Below the pieces are notes generated by a model that searched no databases, was not told the origin of the DNA, and was given only the letters and a program-made list of their open reading frames with translations. A program made the position numbers and the translations under genes. Shown here in pieces: positions 1 to 11,032 of a stretch of 64,000 nucleotides of DNA. Position 1 is the stretch's first letter. Each line of letters starts with the position of its first letter. Source of the stretch: Patellaria atrata CBS 101060 (Eukaryota); assembly GCA_010093705.1 (NCBI GenBank), contig MU006090.1:372001-436000 (forward strand), given 5' to 3'.

Positions 1-1341
1 AATACTTGAATGACTTAAGGCAGGAGATTTAGTAGACAAAGGGCCACTGGATATGCCATCCGCGCTACCTGCTATCGATGCTGTAGGTCGTTGCACCGGT
101 GCGTGAGATTGAGTTGCGGGCTGTGATGATACGGCAGCAGGTGAGGATGCTGCGCTAGTTCTTGATGTAGACGCCGATGGTAAAGGAGCCAACCCAACGT
201 TTGTGTTATTAGCCCCGGGTGGCGGCGGTAATGGTGCAATTCCTACACCATTCTTGTCACTCGCGGCCGCTGCTGCTGCAGCTGAAGCATATTTTAAAGG
301 CTCTCCAGGTATCCGTGAAGGTAGAGGAGCTGGCTTCATACTACCTGATGAGGTCCCGTTGGGAGCCGGCCCAGCTGGAGTATGAAGTGTTGCCAGCGCT
401 GGTAATGGGGATTTCAGCTGCGTGGATGGTCTTCTTGCTGCTACAGGCCCATCCGACGGTTTTGGTTTCCCCGCCGTACCGCTAGGTTGCCGTGGTTCCA
501 GGTCTGGGGCTTCATCTTGTATCGATTGGGTATCCTGGGAGGACACCCTATCCGCCTCATTATTCATACCGTATAGGTCCTCTTCTTCCTGGAGATCGAG
601 ATCGTCGTATATACTATCATCTTCCATGAAGTCTACTTCTGTGTTGCTTTCTACATAGTACCGTATACTCTCTTCGAGATCCTTTACTTGCTCTGTTTCT
701 ACACTTCCGTTCTCGAGTGCCCGTAGCAACAGTTCTAATTTATTCTGGTGCCATTTATGCCGTTCAGTCGCCCGTTCGAGCTCTGATATACGATCCGCTT
801 TCGAGTTATCCTTTTTCCCTTTCTTGACATTTGCTTGTAAAGATTCCGTCTCCGCTTCGGCAGTCTCAATCTGCCGCTCCAGTTCCTCAACCATGTTCGA
901 AAGGAATTGACACATCTCCAATTTCTCTTTCTCCTTTGGATCTAACTTAGACGCAGCAGATAAGCCTATCTTTGAATATGCTTTAGTCTTCATCTCCTTT
1001 TCGACAGCCTTGAACTTCTCCATTTGCTTGTTGAATGTACTCGTTAGCCATAGCTACTTAGTACGAATAACGCACGCTCAGCCTACCGTTTCTATCAATT
1101 TCCGCTGTTCAAGTAATGGCTTCTTATCTTTGATGTCGTTCGTAGCAGCCCATGCCTTGATTTGGTCGCGAGACCGCTGCAGCTTCTTGATTTCCTTTTT
1201 AAGCGCATCTTCAAGCTTCTCCTTTTGTGACGGATTCGATGTCTGTTGCATTTTATCATATATCCCTTCGAATGAAGCTACACCTTCGGCTACTTTCTTG
1301 AAACATCGTTCCACCTCGTTTGCTAGCTTTCTAGCTGCCAT
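1..1341 (-). CDS. NOT3: CCR4-NOT complex subunit Not3/Not5 (5' part; runs off the left window edge)
   Basis: N-terminus [20 protein letters not shown]...[26 protein letters not shown] is the Not3 N-terminal domain. ATG at 1341; intron 1086-1027 (GTAGGC..GCTAAC..AAG) joins to [19 protein letters not shown]. Confidence 0.93.
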
Positions 1342-1820
1342 TATGTGTACTCGGCCTTGTAGCGCGGAGATGGTGGTAGAGGGCGGTATGTTCGTTCGAC
1401 GACAAGTACTGAGCTGTCCGATGTTACGCGTAAGCCGACGTGAGTTATTTGGTTCACGGTTGTGTTGGTTACTAGGGAGAATAGAGATTGATGGATGTGA
1501 AGCTGATCGCGACGTCGATGAAACTGGTCCTACCGCTTTCGTTATCGGCAAGGTATCGTGAAGAAGTCGTTCTTGGCACCCCAGGCTGAACTCAGACGTC
1601 CGATCAGCCTTGAATATCAGTACTTTCACTATCATGATCATTTACCTTCTTCCTACCCAAATATCTTTCTGATTATTGGGGGGGCTGGGCAATTTTCATT
1701 ACCTTGTTGATACCTTACTGTTGATCGGTGTTTAGTGGTGCATGAGACGCGTTCGATCGGAGGAAAAATTTACAATAATTATTAAAGTCTTTTGAAGCAT
1801 AATTTAGTTATTCTTGAAAC

Positions 1821-2837
1821 ATGAAAAGTATGTGTTCCTTTATGTACTTGAGGGATTCAACCTTATTCTTTCACATAGCAGTAATACAGCGCGTTAAATC
1901 CGCTTCAGTTACCGTCGATGGCCAGCTGATATCTTCCATCGGGAAAGGTATCTTGGTATTTGCCGCTGTCGCTAAAGAGGACACTCAAATAGAAGTGGAA
2001 TCCATGGCTTCCAAAGTACTAAAAGTGAAATTGTGGGATGATGAAAAGGGAGGCAGAGTATGATCTGGAATCATGTGAGCATCAACATAATCTAACGAAA
2101 CCTCTCACAGTGGAAACGCAACGTCGTAGATCTGGGTGGTGAAGTGCTCTGTGGTATGCTATAATTTCATATCCATCTCACCTTCTTCTTTGTGGGTACA
2201 TTCCTCCGCCTTTGTACACTTGCAAGACAATTACTGGCGCACTGTTGATTAGACAGTCTCAGCCAAGATCTATGTTATGTACGGTCAAGTCCGACCTTAA
2301 GATCTAGCGTATAGTGAGTGAGGAATGCCCCGACAGCGAAAGAGATATCTTCTTTAGTTCACCATTACTCTGACTCTAACCAAGCCGAGCAGTATCTCAG
2401 TTCACATTGCTAGCATCAACGAAGAAAGGCAACAAACCTGACTTTCATAAATCCGCCAGTGGAGAAATGGCGAAAGTACTGTACAAGACGTTCTTCAACA
2501 AAGTTCAAGAAATTTACTCCCCGGACAAGGTCAAGGATGGTATTTTTCAAGCCATGATGGACGTCGCCCTCGTCAACGATGGACCGGTAGGTTTGGACTA
2601 CCAATGCATAGACGAGGCGGTAAATCCACTCTGATAACTGCACTACGTCTGTACTCAAACTCGTACGATCTTACACTAATCCCCATTCTTCCTCAGGTGA
2701 CGATCGAGATTGACACGACTCCTCCAAAAATGGAGATACCAGGCGTTGGAGGAAGCTCTACACCCCGTATGGACATCAACGATGTGGTGACTCAGATTCA
2801 GAAAGAGTTTCAGATACCAGCGGAACTTTTGGAGTAA
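1821..2837 (+). CDS. DTD1: D-aminoacyl-tRNA deacylase; exons ~1821-1827, 1879-2057, 2111-2153, 2393-2586, 2697-2837
   Basis: Spliced product has VIQRVKSASV, VSQFTL, KKGNKPDFH and NDGP-VTIEID (Gly-cisPro motif). All junctions are GT-AG and in frame. Confidence 0.93.
2194..2335 (+). ncRNA. Candidate structured intronic RNA element (possible H/ACA snoRNA or splicing-regulatory structure) in DTD1 intron 3
   Basis: Nested complementary pairs: 2194-2206/2320-2330, 2235-2238/2262-2265, 2241-2245/2253-2257, 2266-2271/2300-2305, 2283-2286/2293-2296. AGACAA (ANANNA) at 2225 and ACA at 2333. The host intron is 239 nt versus ~50 nt for most introns here. Confidence 0.4.
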
Positions 2838-3149
2838 ACCGATTTGGAAATGTTAACTATCCCACGATATCCAGCCACTTCCATTCGAATTATCATCCTT
2901 TACGCTCTCCCGTTCTGGACAACGTGCCGTCTCCGGTGATATAGGCACCTCACTAGATACTGACAGAAGACAGGATCCGTAAAACCGATCACACCACCCG
3001 ACCTTACCCTCGTCCCTTACTGCGACTATTAAGGCCAATTGAACTCCTGTTCGGCCTAGATCTCGGATTCCGCTGTGCACAAGAGGAAGGGTCGTATAGA
3101 CAAGTAAGACCTAAACGACGCGTAGACTGTTTGAATACGCACAGTCATG

Positions 3150-3995
3150 AGCTAATATGGTAATTGAAAGAGCGTAAAAGTGTGTTTTGGTTGTCGGACT
3201 ATCTGGGATGGGTTCCTGGGAAACCATTTCTTTCCGGTCGTCTCAACATCCCAACCATTTTGCGTGACCCCCAATTCCAATACAACCGTTTCAAAGCACA
3301 AAGCGATTTCGATGGCTCGGATTAAAGAATGCGCCGGTGGGTGAAGAAGCAACCAAAGAGGGACTGGCCGCCATAAGATGATTTATAGTTTTGAAATAAG
3401 CTCGTTGTATAGTAAACGCACGAAAGAACATCTGAACGTATGGTGACCGTAAACGCCGTATCTTTGACATCTGCATTGTGTACGTCTTTGTACTTAGTAC
3501 TCCGTATAGTTTGTAGGTTTCGTATATTATAGCCATTATTTATTTTGGGGCTCGGGCTCTCAAAGAGCAACCGCATACTAAACTATGACGTGCTACGACA
3601 AGGGAAACAGATTCTTTGTACCTTGGAATAGAACTACAAGGTTCTTGTAGATATCGAATCACAATTTAAATTTTAATATTGCGGTGGCATCTCCAGTTCA
3701 TGATCCTTCCATCCATGTACTTATTAGAAAAGTACAGTACTGGTGGTAGCTTAATGCAATGACATAGGAAGGAGGTCTCGTTTAAATTTCCAGTCATGCT
3801 GTCATGCAGGGTTCGGAAAGTGGATTGTGCACATTTATTCGTAATGAGCTTTATCGATACATTAAATGGCAAACACAATAGCCCACCTAGAACTACAAAT
3901 TCCCATTCATACCTCAACCACAATAACCACTCCTGACCAGCTTCGCTCACACCGACCTCGCTATTGTCTATTTGCGCGATCAATAGTTCATTCAC
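3150..3995 (-). pseudogene. Possible degenerate remnant of a fungal PD-(D/E)XK nuclease-like family gene
   Basis: Broken frames carry EVGVSE and TVVLELGVTQ...KKWF, resembling the 'VVxEVGxSE...W' motif of such proteins. No continuous ORF. Confidence 0.25.
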
Positions 3996-4180
3996 GTTAG
4001 GTCACATGGAACCAAGGCTTCTGAGTCTACTACTAGAACATCTCCGACCTTCAGAGCCCCTCCAATAACGGCCTAAACCTGCCAACGCACACTTTCGACC
4101 TCAACTCTTACTCAGCCCCGCCTAAATCCTTCAAATTCTCGAATATTCAAGCTTCTGGAGAGTCAAATATACTGAAAGGA

Positions 4181-5770
4181 ATGCACGATCTACGCAGACA
4201 GGCTCTGGAGAGCGGCAAGACCGTTTCCCGAAAGGCGCGCTCGCGACAGTCTTCGGCTAGGAGCTCAAGGGCTAACTCCGCAACTAATTCACGAGCTGCT
4301 TCTCGAAATCCGAGTAGGAGTAGACAAGGTTCTGACGACGAGGAAGGTAACTTTAGCGACGATACGAACTTCAGGTGAGCTAAACAGGGAATCTATACAT
4401 TGTCGGGCTCATTCGCTAATGGTGTTACTCATAGTATTAATTCCATAGACGATATTCTCAGCACTACTGACGATGTAGACGAGCCTTCTAATGCCTGGAA
4501 GGTCGAACTCGGTGATCGCATAGAGCAGTTGATCGACCGCAAGCGGTCTAGTGTACAAGGCCGAGAGGAGACGTTGAGTGCCTACATCCGTATTCTTACT
4601 GGCAACCCAGCGAAAGAGGAGATTACACACAAGTTGGGCGAATTTATTCCAGCTTTGTTGAAAAGCATACATTCGGGTGCTAGTGAGCTTGAGACTGTTC
4701 TAGCACTGAAAGGCAAGTCTCCCAATCGAATGATTTTCTAGGGACTGTTACTGATGGAGATACAGCACTTGCTCTCACTATTGTCTCAGGCCCCACTGAA
4801 TCCTTGTTCGAACAGACCAGTCAGACAGTGAAACGATCTATCACCGACTCTAACGCGAGCGCTATCAAAACCACAGCTATTCACACCTACGGGGCGATCA
4901 CATTCTATGGCGGTGCTTCTACAGAGGAAATGGAAGAAGCAATGGACTTCCTCTACGAGATCATTGAGTCAGACGGTCATACAATCGATGCTGGTGATGA
5001 GGGCAACGTAGTTACAGCGGCACTCCAGGAATGGGGATTCCTCGCTACACAGCTCGATGAAATGGAAGATACGTCTGAGCATGTCATGGAGGCATTCGTA
5101 GATCAACTTGGGAGTTCAGATCATGCCGTGCAAATTGCCGCTGGCGAAAATATCGCCTTGTTATATGAAAAGAGTTATACCCCACTCGAAGCCGATGAAG
5201 AAGCACCATCAGACGAAGACAGCGAAGACGATGAAAAAGATCCAAATCGCGTGAAGATGATGAAGCGATATACCGTCTACCGTCGCGAAGACCAGTTAAA
5301 GCATACCCTTGAAGCTTTATCTCGCTACACCTCACCTAACATTAGCACCAAGGTCAAGCGCAGTCTTCATCAAAATTTCTCGGACATTCTCAACAGCGTT
5401 GAAGACCCAACCCGCGGACCGAAGTACCAGAAGGCTATTTCACAAGAAACGGGCAAGCGTTACGGTAGCCGTATGACGGTGAAAATTCATCAAGTTGGCG
5501 AAATGAGGATCGATATGTGGTGGAAGTTGCATCGGCTACAGGCACTCAGAAGGGTGTTGCAGGGTGGATTTGTTAAGCACTACGAGTGCAATGAGGTTGT
5601 TTTCGACACGCTACCGTAAGTTGATACCTCCTGCTCCTTTTATTCGTTCGCGTGGTACTCAGTTTAGGGCCTATCGGCTAATGGAATCTAGTATCATGAT
5701 AACATCTTCGAAGAGCGGTTACGGCGCCAGTGGACAGTACGAGAGCAGCAACCGCCGACGACATGGTTGA
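4181..5770 (+). CDS. Interferon-related developmental regulator (IFRD) domain protein; exons 4181-4374, 4435-4712, 4766-5615, 5692-5770
   Basis: MHDLRRQALESGKTVSRKA start, VVTAALQEWGFLATQL, VQIAAGENIALLYEK and LRRVLQGGFVKHY match fungal IFRD proteins. Intron 2 is GC-AG. Confidence 0.85.
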
Positions 5771-6723
5771 AGGTTGCTTGCGTTTTCACTCACACATTAT
5801 CAAAGCAACATTATGGACGGTTATGAATCGTCTATACGCGTGGACTAGGTCTATTGAGTGCTTTTGTTAGCAAATAACAGCAAATTCCTGCACAGGCATT
5901 CTAAAAAGACCAGAAACCGAGGCCCAGGGATTCTCTCGCAGCAGTTTAGTGCATTTCTTTTCCAGAAATTGCACTCATGAACTTTCTGCACACTGGATAG
6001 CTCCTTTTTGTTTTTTTTACTACATAGAAACGGTGGCGTTAGTCATGTGCTTTGGCTGGGCTATGGGTTATGATGAGGTTTTTATGGGATAGGGATATGG
6101 TGCTATGGAAATCACTCATGAATGGACACGAACTGACGGCCACGACATCGAGTCGGAATGGGGACGTAGGCGGGGCCCTACTAGCTAGATGATTGCATTT
6201 TGAGATACATTGAATAAGATCAATGAATTACTTTATGTGTTAGGTATTAGTATTGTGGACCAACCCTAGTCTTAAAATGCTCAAAGCTCTAACATGCAGC
6301 TCCGACTTGCGAAACAGAGAACGGTATCAAACCCGAACCCACCCTGAGCCGTAAAATCGCTAAAGATGTTATGCTGGAGATCTAGATACGGCTTCCACAC
6401 AGCTCTCTGAGATGACCAATGTTGGTTTGCCTAACGCCCCTACTTGGCGCGCTCGTCGTCCTCGGTTGTTTGTACGCGTACCGCGCACCCTCATCTCAAG
6501 TATCAAGAGTCCGTTGCGGTTTGTACGGTTTCGGCGTCGTACAAATTACTGCAGTCTGTACCATCTTGCTCCCTGCGTACAGCAGAGCCAGAGGGCCCTT
6601 GCTCAGCAAGTGGACGATGGACCAGAAGGTCATGAGAAGGGAATGCCTTCACATGGGTATCGTACCTCGTTCGCGCGGAATATATGGATGTGGAGTGCGT
6701 CCTCTTAGAGGAGGTTTCATTTT

Positions 6724-8963
6724 TCATGAACCTCCATAACCATGGAAGTCGGGATGGTCTAAATCGGGAAGCCAGCCGCTCAGTCCCGCTCCCCAGTGGT
6801 CTAAAGCCGTTAGATCATTCGGATCGAGTGCAATATCGGGAGAGGGGAGAGAAATGCTTGACGGTGCTGTGAAGGTATTTGAATGCTGGGTTGCGGTTAT
6901 ATTGTCCATCGGTTGCGGAGTGGGCAAGCCGTTTTCCTCCGTGTACGTAGGACTTGTGGGATCGTTGTAGATATTGTCGGTCCCCGAAGATGGAAGTGAT
7001 TGCGGATTCAATATGTTAGCCTGTGGGCGTCGGTCCATCTGACTGTCTTCTAGTTGCGTGTCAAGACAGATACGTGTGCGGTACTGCTCGTACCACTGCT
7101 GAAGTCTTTGAACAACTCGAAGCCAATGGTTGGGTACCCTACACTGCTCTGGCCCACTTGCTTGCTGGTATGCGTCCGCTAACCGTTCTAGATACTGTTC
7201 CGCTCGTAAATCGGCAACGTCAAGCACGTCTCCAAGAGCTGTGGTGCTTGCTGTGAATGAGATTCGCAATAGTACGATCACTGCATAAGCGACGCGGAAA
7301 TATAACGCACTGGATATCTTTCGCAGCATCATGGGTGCTACACTTAAAAAAATGTCCAGAACATTATGGGCGGAATTGATGATTCTCATCGTAGCTTGAA
7401 GATAGACGGCGCTCGGCACCATTTCTGATTTCAGAGGCTTATCATTGGGACTAGGAACGGTACAATATTCGTTCTCAAATTGTTTAGCGTCGTGCATCCC
7501 GCCATCCATTAGGAACTCGTAAATCGTGATTATAATGGAGTGGGATGTAGCTAGGCCATACACTATTCCCAATTTAGTCATAAATAAAAGTATCTTTAGG
7601 GGGTTGCTTACCGTCCGTATTATCTTCAACAGCTCTACGTCTCCATTCTTCCATACGTCTATCAAATGTCCTTACAACTGCGAGCATCTGGCTCACAGGT
7701 ATTCGAAGTACGGTTGTCGGGTCATCGAATCCATAACCAATGGATGCTTCTTCAGCAATGCGGTTCAGTTGAGCCCAGGAGGCGATTCGTTTGTCATGTA
7801 GAAAGGGCGATTGCGATAGCATTGCCTCACACTCCATCATCCAATTGTTAAAGAGTAGCATGTTCGGTCGGCGCATACGGATAGCAAGGCTACTGAATTA
7901 ATCTTTGTTCTTTCGATTAGAATGACAGTACCTACGATGATGTGAAGATGTAAATTGTGAGAATAAGTCTAGCAATCTCGCCCATTGGAGTACCTTGCAA
8001 GCCAACGTCGTCCAGACTAATGGGGGAATGAAGGGAACGGCCTCGAAGACTACCCGCCTTAGAGGCTATTCCAAGTTCAATAGCCATAGTAGCCGCTGTA
8101 TGTGTTAATTGATACAACTGAGAATAAGCACCCGACTCTGGAAGGTGATAATAGACAACTGTTATGATCAGAGCTTGCACTAACTCTATTCTCTTCTCAC
8201 CACGAATAAATATGAGATGTGCATATAGTGAGGCGATCTCACGGCTGAGCTTTCTTGAGAGTTCAAGGTCTATTCCAAGTGCTGCAGCTGCTATCATTGC
8301 AAGCCATAAAACTGGTTTTGAACGGCGAATCTGTTCAAAAGTCACCTCTTCCGGGAGGACAGCAAGTGGAAACTGAGAAACTAATTCGGTATTGTATACT
8401 GTGAAATACACTTTCGCTGTGTCAAGGCTTATCAATCCTCGATCGACAACGTCGCTTCGATGATCAGAAGCATCGTAGGATAAGTTAAAGGCTCCTGAAG
8501 AGTCGTCTGTCGATGATGAAGCCCAACCAGACGCTGGAGTACTTAGACTATCCCCATCGGCTCCGACAAGTCCACCATAACTGCTCATTAGTGGAACTCT
8601 TTGTTGTTCCCCGCCCTGGTCATCGGTGCTGGGCAAGTTTTGACCTTTGGATGAGGCTGAAGAGGAGGGTTGTGAAGTGTTAGATCCGCTCATCCCTCGT
8701 AGTAGAGCCCTCATTGTCTGAAGCTCCTTCTCGAGTTCCGCTACCCTTGAATCCGTGGTCTTCTTACGGGGCCGCCTAGCCTGAGGTGCGGAAAAGACGC
8801 ATGGCCGTAAAGCTTTTGCACAGCGCTGACATTGGCCGTTTGGCGAATTAGCGGCCGGATAGCATCGAACTTTCAGAGACCGGCAGGACTCGCAGGCTCG
8901 ATTGAGTTGCTGTAAAGGATAATATCCTCTGATGGGACCGGAATGGGCAGCGTTGCTCGACAT
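6724..8963 (-). CDS. Zn(II)2Cys6 fungal transcription factor; exons ~8963-7936, 7889-7612, ~7560-6724
   Basis: RACESCRSLKVRC-x9-CQRCAKALRPCVF binuclear cluster, followed by DVVDRGLIS / PVLWLAMIAAA / LAIRMRRPNML middle homology region. Confidence 0.92.
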
Positions 8964-11032
8964 GATGTACGTTTCAAGTCAAGTTTTAGTTTGATCTCTA
9001 GTAATATCTTTTGAGGCGAGGAAGCAGATTGAGAGATTTTATGATTACCGGTCGGCATCATCAGTCCATGGCAGACATTAACATCGGAATCGCCGAAGCA
9101 GTATGGATTCACACTAACCAGTATTATAAGTACAACAGCGGCCTTCCATGGAGAGGATGCGGGGTGAAATATCCGGACTACTAATGAAAGGGATGATGTT
9201 CACATTTTGTGAGAGTTGTTTCAGCTTGCAGATCCTTGAGGTTGGAGGCGTTGGGTAAATATAGCGTAGTTCTAGCGCATCTCATCTAAACTCGACACAG
9301 TAAAGCTATGATCTATTTGGAAGACCTGCTTCTAACGTAGGCAAGATAAAATGTCTAATAAGCTAATAATGAGCTAGTTTCCATTTGTCTGGAATGCTTA
9401 TAAAATAACATTCTTGTTAGACCTGTAGTTTATCCTGCTAACAAGGCCAATCAAGTACTATATATCTTAGGTTATGCCTGTCGTCGCATAAGGTAGACTT
9501 CAGATATGACCTTTCCACTAAAAGCCACAAGATGACAAACTCAAAGCAGGATTCTTGATGAGGTCCATACCAAGCTTATGGTATAGACTGGGCCCGATCT
9601 TATTGGTCATTCCACTAACGGGTGACTACCCATGAATAGAATGCAGAATCAGAAATAGAGGCTTTTTGAGTAGATTCCCAAATAGATGTCTATGCTCCTA
9701 TCACTACTGCGAATCCACCTAATTTTGGACTGGCAATTTGAGTTGGGTTTTTCTTTCTGCTACCTTATCAAGTTATATACCACTTGAGTGCACGGGGTGC
9801 TATGGAGTAGATGCGCTTTTGTATCTAATAAAACCTCTCAGCGAATGATTTGAAAACAAAATATGATTGAGTTTTCAAATGATTGTAAAACGTGACTTCA
9901 TCCCCATTACGCCTTACCCCAGGAGACTTGCTCGCGCAAGTTGGTCGTTTATCCATTCTTTTCTCACTTAAATGCGCATCTTCTCTATCACAACCTTTAC
10001 CCATTCCATTTAGCAGACTTATCCACCTAATCTTAAGTAAGATTATGAGATTCAATGATCTTCGACTGCGTTCCGCATCGAACGACATCCAAGATGATGT
10101 TGACAAGAATGCCACTAGAAATACTCATCATATCCATCCAGACCGACTCTGGCTCACGAGCCAGCGAGAAGAATCCGAAACAAGAAACTCAACCCAAACC
10201 CTGCTTGAACGTCTGGCAAATCGATTATGAAGCTCTCAAAGAAAGGATACCTTGTGATTCTTGCTCTGTACGAGTAAAGTAGATTGCTGAGAAAAAGAAT
10301 GCTAACTATCAAGGAGGGGCCGAACCTGTACAAAACCGCCTACCACATCATCAACGAAGTTGGCACGCCGCACGGACCCAGTGTACGAGAAGATCTAGAG
10401 AAGCTGTACATGGATTGAAAGAATGGGGTAACAAGGGCTCAGTTCATTATTATACGGGGAGGATTAGAGAAACATGAAGGGAACCATACCAGTACCAGGG
10501 GGTCAAAACACCAGAATATCTTACGGAAAGTCCTCGAAACGTGAGCGTAAGCAAATCAGAGGAATTGGAAGATGAGATGAATGTTTCGGCGTTATTACCA
10601 GAAGAGTTCAAGAAGTAGGTCAGGGAATGAAATAAGTTAGAATGAATTGACGTACTTCCACTATATCTGTACATGCTATGTACAGAAGTACACACGTTTT
10701 AATGACGCGAGTGCGGTTTCATGACTGATAAATTCTCAATAAGTGGTTGAAATGCAAAACTTGTTGAGCATCGTGCAAAAGGCTTGGACGAAGTCTTGAT
10801 GAAGGTGCAGGCTTGGCAAAGCACGTGATAAGACATCACCGGATTATCAATATTCCAGAGTTTCCCAAAACGTCTTGTAACTTGAAACGAACCTCGAACA
10901 AACGCGATCGACCTTTGAGGCCTTTCAGCATCTTCAATTCTCAAAATTTCTTCCTCGATCTCATTTCCAATCTCAGCAGATTGAGAATCTAGGTATCAGC
11001 TCTTTAACTCTTCGTGTTCTTACAGCCCCAAC

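Noticed and set aside
6412..6739. Overlapping short ORFs, including a hydrophobic 106-aa ORF
   Set aside because: No recognisable domain; they overlap the 3' end/UTR of the Zn2Cys6 gene on the opposite strand.
9085..9095. CGG-N5-CCG upstream of the Zn2Cys6 gene as an autoregulatory site
   Set aside because: Too short; expected by chance without conservation data.
9825..10944. Several 75-112 aa ORFs between the transcription factor and SPT6
   Set aside because: No motif or consistent exon chain could be built; possibly a decayed gene but unsupported.
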